In this document: positions 8,983 through 17,231 of the stretch, in pieces
How the letters are laid out: each line of letters opens with the position of its first letter
How positions within the stretch are numbered: position 1 is the stretch's first letter
Assembly: GCF_000406145.1 (NCBI RefSeq)
Contig: NZ_CM001976.1
Coordinates: forward strand, 867,260-899,259
Length of the DNA stretch: 32,000 nt
Direction: 5' to 3'
DNA from: Dickeya dadantii NCPPB 898
GTDB taxonomy: Bacteria > Pseudomonadota > Gammaproteobacteria > Enterobacterales > Enterobacteriaceae
Position numbers and translations under genes: made by a program
Notes under the pieces: generated by a model
What the model was told of the DNA's origin: nothing
The model's input: only the letters and a program-made list of their open reading frames with translations
The model's database searches: none

Positions 8983-10658
8983 GCATTCAACTGGTTCTTT
9001 CTCATTATCTGGCCGGTCTGCGCGAGCGCAACGAGCTCGATGCACTGCTGCCTGAATTACTTAAAGCCATGGGGCACTCCGTGCTCAGCCGCCCGCAGAT
9101 TGGCCCAGGGCAGGCAGGCGTTGATGTGTTATCGACCAGACCGGATGGGAACGGTGTCGATGAAGTGTACGCCTTCATCATTAAATTTGGCGATCTCGGA
9201 CGTGCAGACTTTTATGGCGGTCAGCAGTCCATCGATCCGTCCGTGCGAGAAGCATGCACCGACTTCCTCCGAAATCGCCTGCCGGAACACCTCAAGCCTT
9301 TGCGCAAAAAGATTATTCTAGTGTCGAATGGCGTGTTGTTACAGGAAGCTCAGGCTGGCTTTTCAGCCCTGACGGAAGACGTCGCTGAACGGCCGCTCTG
9401 TAGACTCGAATTCTGGGGTAGCGATCAGCTCACACCCTTGATAGAGCGGTTTCTGTTCGACGAAACATTGCTGTTGGCCCAAGGAAAATCCGATTTGCGT
9501 GCAGCCCTTGCGGGTCTTGAAGAGTCGGGAGCAGCAATAGGTCGTTTCGTTCGCTTTGTTGATGCCTGTTTTGAATGCCCTACCGAGGAAATGAAGCAGA
9601 GTAAAGCAACGCGCAAGAAAAAGTTTTTGAGACGCTGCGCTGCAGCCGCTATGGGCTGGGCGGTACTACTAGTCTGGGGCAAAAGCGAGGGGAATCTAAA
9701 ACCTGGCGTTGTTACTGGGGAGTATTTGCTACTGCGCATGTGGGCCGAGGCGGTAAAACTTCAGCTAGATGCTGACCGCGCGTTTATCAACCGATTTGAA
9801 ACCATGGTGGACATGCAGACGCAGGCTCTGGTGGACTACTTTGAGAAGGTGATGCCCACACTAGAGATACCGCGTGCGGTCCTCTCGTATCGTCCGGAAC
9901 GCATCTTCTATCTGGAGCTTATGTTTGAGGAACTGGGACGCTTGGCCACCCTTCTGTTACTACTCCAGCGAAAACCCGATCAGGAGGAGTTTCGGACACG
10001 GATCCTGACGGCCATCATTCACCTGGTGAACCAGCATCCGGGTGTACGGCTTCCTCTGTATGACGGACATACCATTGACCTCACCCTGATCTTCTGTGCA
10101 CTGATGGGGGAGTCGGACTGGAGCAACACCCAGATTCTTGCTGGTGAAGTTGTCGCCCGGCTCCTCTGTGCACTGAAAACAGATTGCTACCTGCCTGTCG
10201 ACACCGACTCTCTGGAAGATGCCATCGCGCTCGACAGAGGACATGCCGCCAGCCGGGATTTCTTCCAGACATCAACGCTTGTACCGGCACTGGCTACTGT
10301 GGCGTCAGTGCTCGATGACGAAGAAAATCTTGAAGCCTTGCGCAGTCACGTGCTGCCATTGATGAAAGGAGTCACGCTTGAGCGCTGGTATCCCACTTCG
10401 TTACTCGAAACGCTCAGCGGATCACTGCGGGGGGTTCAGAGTGTCGGTATATCCAGAGCGCTGTCCGGACTCAGGCCTTCAACAAGGGAAGAGGCTGAGG
10501 CGTCAATTAAAACATTTGACGGTATGGCGTCCCCCTCGGACTTCAGATGGTCAGGTCGCTGGCAGGTGCTGATCGCGCTGTCAGCACGCCTGCATCGACA
10601 TCCCTTACCCACCTGGTTTATTGCTGAGTACAGGCGACCGGAACATTTCACTGAGTAG
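8979..10658 (+). CDS. Hypothetical 559-aa protein with an N-terminal Mrr-like / PD-(D/E)xK restriction-endonuclease-like domain and a long unassigned C-terminal region
   Basis: The ATG at 8979 is preceded by GGGAAGGAG. The N-terminus reads LDALLPELLKAMGHSVLSRPQIGPGQAGVDVLS...EVYAFIIKFGD...KKIILVSNGVLLQEAQ...LEFWGSDQLTPLIERFL. This follows the Mrr_cat pattern (helix, G-x-D, x-x-K, core strand, trailing helix), although the usual E/Q-x-K reads I-I-K. Confidence 0.65.
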   Translation: MSIQLVLSHYLAGLRERNELDALLPELLKAMGHSVLSRPQIGPGQAGVDVLSTRPDGNGVDEVYAFIIKFGDLGRADFYGGQQSIDPSVREACTDFLRNRLPEHLKPLRKKIILVSNGVLLQEAQAGFSALTEDVAERPLCRLEFWGSDQLTPLIERFLFDETLLLAQGKSDLRAALAGLEESGAAIGRFVRFVDACFECPTEEMKQSKATRKKKFLRRCAAAAMGWAVLLVWGKSEGNLKPGVVTGEYLLLRMWAEAVKLQLDADRAFINRFETMVDMQTQALVDYFEKVMPTLEIPRAVLSYRPERIFYLELMFEELGRLATLLLLLQRKPDQEEFRTRILTAIIHLVNQHPGVRLPLYDGHTIDLTLIFCALMGESDWSNTQILAGEVVARLLCALKTDCYLPVDTDSLEDAIALDRGHAASRDFFQTSTLVPALATVASVLDDEENLEALRSHVLPLMKGVTLERWYPTSLLETLSGSLRGVQSVGISRALSGLRPSTREEAEASIKTFDGMASPSDFRWSGRWQVLIALSARLHRHPLPTWFIAEYRRPEHFTE

Positions 10659-10872
10659 CTGACCAGTTCCCCGTAGAGCAACACGCGTCAATGTTAGGGT
10701 CTGTCCCTTAACCTCCCTACACGCTAAAAAGTGCTGCAAGAATCATTTCCGAGATTTGATTTTTGGTTAAATATCCGTCTATTTTGGTCATTCTTTATCG
10801 CTTAAAAGCGTTTTTTTGCACAGTTATAGCAATGCTGAACTGTACAAAAAATAGTTACGGGACACAGCCTAG

Positions 10873-10936
10873 TCATACCTTCATACCTTCATACCTTCAT
10901 ACCTTCATACCTTCATACCTTCATACCTTCATACCT
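10873..10936. repeat. Perfect tandem octanucleotide repeat, (TCATACCT) x 8
   Basis: Counted directly: eight contiguous identical 8-bp units from 10873 to 10936. The repeat lies in the 464-bp spacer between two convergent genes. Confidence 0.95.
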
Positions 10937-11080
10937 ATGCGAGAACTTTCGCTTCATGCCCTGAGGTATTCAGCAAGCTTTTTATGGCTTCAGTAAGGGC
11001 GATTTCCTCTGTCCAAGTGCCAACAAATATCTCGCTTTGCTATAACGGGTTTTGGTCTTCCAAGAGTGATAAATAATTAT

Positions 11081-11116
11081 CCCCTGCTCAGCTATATTAA
11101 AGAAGGAAAGCAGGGG
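11081..11116. terminator. Hairpin between convergent genes, a possible terminator
   Basis: CCCCTGCT (11081-11088) pairs with AGCAGGGG (11109-11116) across a 20-nt loop. On the + strand it is followed by CGATTTTTATTT, and on the - strand by ATAATTATTTAT. It lies just 3' of the NACHT gene stop. Confidence 0.35.
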
Positions 11117-11122
11117 CGATTT

Positions 11123-14100
11123 TTATTTACTACACTTAGCGAATCTGTCTTCTAAAGATTGGCGCAAAGTTTTAAGTTCCCTGACTGATTCAACAACCTG
11201 AGGTGTTGGGGAAGGTTTTCTTGCCTTCAAACACATAGGTCTTAGTTTATCTGGATTTTCACCAGCATAATTTTCATGTCGTAAAAAACTCATGATAAAA
11301 CTTGAAAAGGAACGAATTGAATGCGTATTACTAATCAAACCGTCATCATGGTGAAGCCAGAAAATCAGTTGCTCATAACTTTCGGCAGAGTAGAGAATTG
11401 ATAAATCAGAGATTTGCTTATTTTTTTCATCTCTCAACTTAAAAGCTGAATCTTTATTCATCACCCTAATTCGTTTGTAATTAGCCAAAAAATTAAAAAC
11501 AATATATAAGTAAAAAATCCCAATGACATTAACTAACCCTATCAAGAAGATGATATTTAAAGTCACCTCACCCAAGTCAAAAATATGTGCAGGGATAAAC
11601 TTTTTGACCAGCCAGCACAAGCTATACCCCAGCGCCAAGCAAATTGATAGAAAAACAGCCCCAAAAAAAATTAAAATAGTTGAAGCTTTCAAAAAAACCT
11701 TGATATTTAGATGTTTGATAATCCAGATCATAACATCATGAAATTTAATCTTCTTGCCTTGATGGCGAACCAAAAAAGGAGAAAACATAATAATAACTAG
11801 CAATATCAAAAGTGAAAATAAAATAAAAGATATTACTGTTAAGTTTGTTGGTTTGTTTACTAAATTTACTGTAATTATAATCCAAGAGGCCAGCAGAATC
11901 GCGAAAGAAAACGTGAAATCTATTTCAATTTTTGAGCTTTGGTAATTATTTTTAATGTGCCTTAACGAGTGTCGTGGTAGCATATCCATTGCAACAAGCA
12001 TTGAGTTTGCTACAGTGGTAATAATAGAAAAGGGGTTAATTAATAAGAACCGTGGTAGAGATTTTTTGAAAAATTCAAGGTTGTTTCTCAAACGCTTACC
12101 TCGCGAGACAACAATATTTGCCCCCATATCTGAAGGTAACCTCGCCGCCAAAGCTTCAATAGTTAGTAATTCCTCTCTATTTTTAGCGAGTATAACTTGG
12201 TCTGAGAGCATTCTCAAAACAACCGCTCTTGCCTCGTCTGGAAGCTTAGAAGCAAATGCCGCTTGCCTGAAAGCATTTTGCCGCTCAGATTTTGTACCAT
12301 GATTGAACGTCTCTACAAGACAGGCAACTAAAGTATCCTGTGGCAAAAGCCCACCTAAACGAAGTACCTCGCATCGATCCCATGAATCGCCTTTTTCCCA
12401 ACGAGGCATTAGAAACTTAGACGCAGCCAGAGAGAGGTATTCAGGTACGTCATGAATGCGATGAGCTAGTCCTTCCTGTAGCAAACTAAGAAGAGGAATT
12501 GCCTTTTCAGAGGTCCAGTCAAAATAGATCAAATCTTCTGGAAGAGGGGGAGTCCCACAGTGAGTATATTTATTTACCGTACAACTTTCTTCCAGTATGA
12601 CACTGGCTTGCACTAAGATGCTGTTTATTGCTTCAAAACTACAGGTTTGCAAAAGCGTAACAGTGTATTCACGCCAACGGTCCTGTGTAAGAAGCTCTGT
12701 CGCTGAGAGAATATTCGGGTGGCCTGTAAGGTAGCGGACAAATAGAGCTTCCTGATAACGACGGTGAGCAAAAGCAAAACGACGGTCGCCCGGAGCTGCA
12801 TTAGGAACATCGGCCCTTCCAATTTTAGAATCAACTAGTGCAGAAATGAGATTCTCAAGAGATTTCCCAGGAAGCTCTTCATTTTTTAATTTCACCCGTA
12901 TCTGGTCGAGAGAAGGTGCCAGACTCAATGTATCATCTTCTGCAAATAGCCTGGCTAAGCGCTCGGCCCCGATGATCAGTTCTTCAGGATTTAACGTATA
13001 CTTACGAAACAAATAATCTGGTTCACGTTTTGCCAGCCTTTCAATATGCTGCAGCAATATGTCATGATCGTTACTAGGAGCATGTTGCTCATCCCTGACG
13101 TATCGGCACAGTAGTGTTAAGAATAGTGGTGTTGAACCTATACTGCTATGAGAGCCAGCAAGGTGTTGACGAACCAAATTCATATGTTCTTCTTTAAGGA
13201 AAGAATTACGTATCAGTTCATCTTGCTTATCCCCACTCAGTGGTAGAATCCTCAGTTTTTTCCAGGGGAGAGCTTCAGGGCCTTTAAATTCCCGTGATGC
13301 TAATATCCCTTTGCATTCTCCCATGCCCTCCAAGAACTGCCTGAGTGCTTGAGAGTAACTTCTTATTATGTTGTCTCCACTTACCGAATGGAGAACGGCG
13401 GGAATTTCATCAAATGAATCAAATAGGAATAGCCATAATCCTCTGTTACAGTAGTCGTCCCAGTTTTCTTTAACAAATGCTGAAGTATCAGCATCTCCTC
13501 GACGAATATTATCGAGTATGAATTCACGCACGGTATCCACGTTTACTGCATCAGCATTACTGAATTCCATCTCACGAAGGTTGATATAAAGCGGGACTGT
13601 TGCATTTTTATCATTTGATTTTTTACCTTGCTCAGCTAACTGCTTTGCAAGATGCCGTAATGCCACACTTTTCCCTGACCCAGGTTCACCGACCAGTTGC
13701 ATCGCACGCTCAGTACTGGATGTGATGGCTCGAACAAGCGAGCGTTCCTTACGTAATCCAAAAGATTTTTTTCTGCGCAACTTGTCTATGGCAGAAGCAT
13801 AATACCCTCCCTCAGATTCCACCTCAGCTTCAAGGTCAGTAAAATATTGATCATTCCAGTTTTCTGCTTTAGCCAAATAAGCAAGGTCTGCTTCAAGTAC
13901 TGCACAAAATTGCTTTCTTCTTCTAACTCTTTTTTCATTGTCTTTGCTTAACCAAACAGGAAGGCCACTGGTTTTGTATATCTCAATGAATTTTATGAGA
14001 AGCTCAATTACTTCCCCAAACGATTTTAATAAAAATATTACTATACATCCCCCTATTGTAATAATAAATAAAGCCAAAATCAACCAGTGCCATATATCTT

Positions 14101-14194
14101 GAGATGTATTATTAGACCATAATGAATTAAATATTCTTTCAATGATTTCCAATCCTTTTTCTGAAATGCTAACTGATTCATCTTCTTTTGCCAC
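11123..14194 (-). CDS. Membrane-embedded NACHT/STAND NTPase (1023 aa): N-terminal TM helix, NACHT module, helical repeat region, four C-terminal TM helices and a ~120-aa tail
   Basis: Motifs present: Walker A LVGEPGSGKSVALRHLA, VPLYINLREM, Walker B LWLFLFDSFDEIP, GILASREF...LRILPLSGDKQDELIRNSF, and winged-helix-like RRFAFAHRRYQEALFVRYL. Hydrophobic helices are WHWLILALFIITIGGCIVIFLL (aa ~35-57) and four more at aa ~755-904 (FAILLASWIIITVNLV, VISFILFSLLILLVIIMFSPFLV, ASTILIFFGAVFLSICLALGYSLCWLV, VTLNIIFLIGLVNVIGIFYLYIVFNFL). Confidence 0.85.
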   Translation of the reverse strand: MAKEDESVSISEKGLEIIERIFNSLWSNNTSQDIWHWLILALFIITIGGCIVIFLLKSFGEVIELLIKFIEIYKTSGLPVWLSKDNEKRVRRRKQFCAVLEADLAYLAKAENWNDQYFTDLEAEVESEGGYYASAIDKLRRKKSFGLRKERSLVRAITSSTERAMQLVGEPGSGKSVALRHLAKQLAEQGKKSNDKNATVPLYINLREMEFSNADAVNVDTVREFILDNIRRGDADTSAFVKENWDDYCNRGLWLFLFDSFDEIPAVLHSVSGDNIIRSYSQALRQFLEGMGECKGILASREFKGPEALPWKKLRILPLSGDKQDELIRNSFLKEEHMNLVRQHLAGSHSSIGSTPLFLTLLCRYVRDEQHAPSNDHDILLQHIERLAKREPDYLFRKYTLNPEELIIGAERLARLFAEDDTLSLAPSLDQIRVKLKNEELPGKSLENLISALVDSKIGRADVPNAAPGDRRFAFAHRRYQEALFVRYLTGHPNILSATELLTQDRWREYTVTLLQTCSFEAINSILVQASVILEESCTVNKYTHCGTPPLPEDLIYFDWTSEKAIPLLSLLQEGLAHRIHDVPEYLSLAASKFLMPRWEKGDSWDRCEVLRLGGLLPQDTLVACLVETFNHGTKSERQNAFRQAAFASKLPDEARAVVLRMLSDQVILAKNREELLTIEALAARLPSDMGANIVVSRGKRLRNNLEFFKKSLPRFLLINPFSIITTVANSMLVAMDMLPRHSLRHIKNNYQSSKIEIDFTFSFAILLASWIIITVNLVNKPTNLTVISFILFSLLILLVIIMFSPFLVRHQGKKIKFHDVMIWIIKHLNIKVFLKASTILIFFGAVFLSICLALGYSLCWLVKKFIPAHIFDLGEVTLNIIFLIGLVNVIGIFYLYIVFNFLANYKRIRVMNKDSAFKLRDEKNKQISDLSILYSAESYEQLIFWLHHDDGLISNTHSIRSFSSFIMSFLRHENYAGENPDKLRPMCLKARKPSPTPQVVESVRELKTLRQSLEDRFAKCSK

Positions 14195-14587
14195 AACAAC
14201 TCCTTGCTAATAATTTGTTATCTTTGAGGCGAAGGCATTTTCTGACATCTAAAGTGTTAGCTCATTATTTGCAACACCCAAGTATTTAAGTCAATAGTAA
14301 AATTTATCTTATTTATATATGAAAATTAAAAGAATTTTCAAACAAACTGCCCGCTATCCATTGATTGAAAAACCGATATTAATAATGTCTTCATTAGTAC
14401 CTAACAGTTATTTTGGATTAGAATGTTAAAATGTCCGCTTCACGCTCTGAGGCGCTCGACAAGGTTTTTATTCTTTCAGCAAAGACTCGCCTCAACGAGT
14501 TTTTGTATTTCTTTATCGTTGGGTAGATCAAGGCTGCTTAGTGAGCCGATGGTATTGGTGCTGCAGATATAGAGGGAGTACATCTAT

Positions 14588-14887
14588 TCAATCAGATGTT
14601 ATTGTTGGCCAACCTTGTACTATTTTTCCACCGTGAGCACATCCATCGCCCATTCTTACAACTGGCTTGCCTTCAATAGTAAAGAGAGATGACCCCGAAA
14701 CCAGTCCATCCTGCATGCCTACACCAGTACACAACGCTTTTCCCCCGACAACGGCAACAGGGGTTCCATTGATAGTAACAACTGACTGTCCTGCATCAAT
14801 AATTGGGCCACCTACATGCGGTACTGGGCCGGGTTCGACTTTTGGACAGACATGCATGTGACCGAGTATTGCGACGGGTTTTCCCAT
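14588..14887 (-). CDS. PAAR-domain T6SS spike-tip protein (stand-alone, 99 aa)
   Basis: The sequence shows PAAR-like repeats (VVTINGTPVAVVGGKALC, FTIEGKPVVRMGDGCAHGG) and an HMHVC metal-ligand-like motif. It is the last gene of the hcp-vgrG operon. Confidence 0.85.
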   Translation of the reverse strand: MGKPVAILGHMHVCPKVEPGPVPHVGGPIIDAGQSVVTINGTPVAVVGGKALCTGVGMQDGLVSGSSLFTIEGKPVVRMGDGCAHGGKIVQGWPTITSD

Positions 14888-14898
14888 GGATATTTCTC

Positions 14899-15663
14899 CT
14901 ATAGTAGATAAGGCCTTCTGCGCTTTTCTGCCAACGCATCCGCCTGACTAAGATTCACTCTTATGCGGCCATTAAAATCCCCGCCATTCAGCCAGGAAAA
15001 CAGGCAGGCATCAGTACGCTGAATAAACGGATTAAGTTCGATCAACATTGTGTCGTATTGTCCGTTCTGATGGGTAATTGCGATATCTGCAACAACACTA
15101 TCCATATGTAGTAACGGTATCAATTTTTGCAGAAACTGAATGATTTGTTGGCGTATTTCATCGGCATGTTCGGTTAAGAAAGGAAAATATTCCAGACAAT
15201 GATATTGGGATACACCGACGACGTTACCATCCTTTATAAAGCACCTGAATTCGCTCCATCGTGGAATATCATGCCATCCCCGCAAAAATAGCCAGGCTGG
15301 TGTTGATGATTGCAGACAATCCCAAAGATAGGATGCCACTCGATGACTGGAAACAGACAATTGCCTGATCACGTCATCCACGCTGTTGGCCCGCGGAATG
15401 GTTGCTTCATGATAACTGACACCACCAAATCTCACGAAAACCGGCGTAGTAAATTTCGACAATATATACTCGATATCATCGCGTAATTGTTCAGAAAATA
15501 GTGGCTTTTCCAGTAATCGTTTCGCATCCATGAACTCGCTAGTACAAGCACCGATCGCTATAACGTCCCGTTCATGAAGCTCAATGCCTTCGCTCTGGAA
15601 AGAAAGCGTCAAAAGCGTTTCCGGCCAGTTTTCGATAAAAGTCTGTTTGTGCTCAGTGTACAT
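14899..15663 (-). CDS. Cdc123/D123-family (R2K clade) ATP-grasp protein
   Basis: It aligns by eye to eukaryotic CDC123. [14 protein letters not shown] matches [45 protein letters not shown] matches [50 protein letters not shown] matches WLIDFNPFGEVTDSLLFTW. Confidence 0.8.
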   Translation of the reverse strand: [254 protein letters not shown]

Positions 15664-15711
15664 ACCAACTCAGCCTTGACGTTATAATGTTATTGCGCCT
15701 GCGTACCAAAA

Positions 15712-16236
15712 TTACAACTTATCTTCTGACGTTGGTGTGTATAGAAATTCTTTTAGCGATAGAGCTAACAATCCTAACCCATCACCAACCGATAGATTGT
15801 CGATGTAATATCGCCAGTGAAATACACTTTTATATGTTGGGGAGTTGGGTCTTACGTCGTATATAATATATGCATCACCATCATCGTCATAGTCTGAACC
15901 AATTGCGATAAGACCAGTCGGTAATAGTGATCTGTTTTCGTATATTGATTCTTTTAAAAGATTAGTCGAGCTGATTACCTGTTCTGTGGGGAATAAGATA
16001 GCCATTAATGCTTTTCTCACTCTTCCATCATACCGCACTAAAAAATGATCTATATCTTCTAGCGGACCGCAAGCTTGATCGGCAACCAGATGAATATAAT
16101 CTTTATATTCATCTGGCAAGTGAACCTGAAGTTTTTCTTCGATATCCCCGATTCTTTTGTTGATCGTTACAGATTCAATAACTAAATCAGGATCATCCGT
16201 TTCCCACTTAACCAAATCTTCTTTCTGTATTTCCAT
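15712..16236 (-). CDS. SMI1/KNR4 (SUKH-superfamily) immunity protein
   Basis: The ATG at 16236 lies 1 nt after the toxin stop (TAG 16238-16240). It carries the SUKH-type motif IEEKLQVHLPDEYKDYIHLV. It sits immediately 3' of the nuclease effector. Confidence 0.7.
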   Translation of the reverse strand: MEIQKEDLVKWETDDPDLVIESVTINKRIGDIEEKLQVHLPDEYKDYIHLVADQACGPLEDIDHFLVRYDGRVRKALMAILFPTEQVISSTNLLKESIYENRSLLPTGLIAIGSDYDDDGDAYIIYDVRPNSPTYKSVFHWRYYIDNLSVGDGLGLLALSLKEFLYTPTSEDKL

Positions 16237-16237
16237 A

Positions 16238-17203
16238 CTAAAAATCCTCGCTGCGCCACATTGAGTCACCGCCTACATGTGGTGTTCCACTATTTACACT
16301 ACCTGTTTCACTATTTTTATATGCAGTGTGTATATCTTTGTCGACTAAGCTCATTGTAACGCCATCCGGTTCATGGTGCCATGTGCCAAGCCGCTCTTGG
16401 TCTTTAGGTAGTTTTTTGCCGTATTTTTCTGAAAAGGCATTTCTTGCTGAGCTGAAATCGCTTCCATTACCTTTCATATCAATTTCTACTTGATAGGGCT
16501 TGCCCCCATCACCGATGGGTTTGCCATCTTTTAATGGTGGGAAACCTGAAAAATCGGGGTGTCCGTCTTTGAAAGGAACACCTTCTTTGCCATGGCGTGT
16601 AACCACTTCATAGAGACTTTTATTCTTCTCTGGATCAGGCTTGTACATACCCGTACCGGGTGGGCAGGGTTTACCATCAGGTCCCACCCAACTCCCTTTT
16701 TCGGAGGAGGGGAGGCGTCCTGGATCCATTGATTTATCTTTCTCAAATTTTTCTTTGGCCAGTTTTTTACATTCTTCTGTTTTACATTTCCCCAGCTCTT
16801 TATCCAGTTTTTCCTGCTTTCTTTTTGCTATTAGCTCTTTCCAGTATTTCTTGGCGTTTTCCCGTGTTGTCGCAAATACTTTTGTATTCAGGGCTGCTTT
16901 GGCTTTCGACAGCGCAGCGGTGACTTTTTCCACTTTTGCCGCGATTTTTCCAGCTTTAGCCCCATCACCCAGTATCGGGATAAACCCTAAAGCATCAAGG
17001 GCGGCTCCGCCCCAGTCACCTTTAAATAATGAACGTCCTAACGATACGACGTCCGCCGCCGTACCAAACGGCGGTGGCGCAGCCCCTGCCGCTGCCAGAC
17101 CGCTATCCACGATCAGGTCGTTATATTGTGACTCCATATCCATCACTTTTTTGCGATCGGCTTCGATCTCCGGGCTTTCGCTTCGCGATCTGATATTCGC
17201 CAT
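16238..17203 (-). CDS. T6SS polymorphic-toxin effector: Gly/Ala-rich pre-toxin N-region plus C-terminal WHH-type HNH/EndoVII nuclease
   Basis: The C-terminus reads GTWHHEPDGVTMSLVDKDIHTAYKNSETGSVNSGTPHVGGDSMW, i.e. W-H-H ... H ... H-x-GG. The N-terminal region reads DVVSLGRSLFKGDWGGAALDALGFIPILGDGAKAGK. The gene lies downstream of vgrG and DUF4123 and upstream of the SUKH gene. Confidence 0.75.
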   Translation of the reverse strand: MANIRSRSESPEIEADRKKVMDMESQYNDLIVDSGLAAAGAAPPPFGTAADVVSLGRSLFKGDWGGAALDALGFIPILGDGAKAGKIAAKVEKVTAALSKAKAALNTKVFATTRENAKKYWKELIAKRKQEKLDKELGKCKTEECKKLAKEKFEKDKSMDPGRLPSSEKGSWVGPDGKPCPPGTGMYKPDPEKNKSLYEVVTRHGKEGVPFKDGHPDFSGFPPLKDGKPIGDGGKPYQVEIDMKGNGSDFSSARNAFSEKYGKKLPKDQERLGTWHHEPDGVTMSLVDKDIHTAYKNSETGSVNSGTPHVGGDSMWRSEDF

Positions 17204-17231
17204 GGCTTTCTCCTTTGATGGTCTAACCGGT

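Noticed and set aside
10799-10817. CGCTTAAAAGCG followed by T7, as a terminator for the 8979-10658 gene
   Set aside because: The stem is at most 4-5 bp with a 2-4-nt loop. That is too weak to call.
10763-10996. 77-aa TTG-initiated ORF crossing the octanucleotide repeat, and the idea that the repeat is a CRISPR array
   Set aside because: The ORF has no SD and a weak start, and its repeated HTFIPSYL peptide is just the translated microsatellite. The repeat units are contiguous with no spacers, so this is not a CRISPR array. The repeat itself is retained as a finding.
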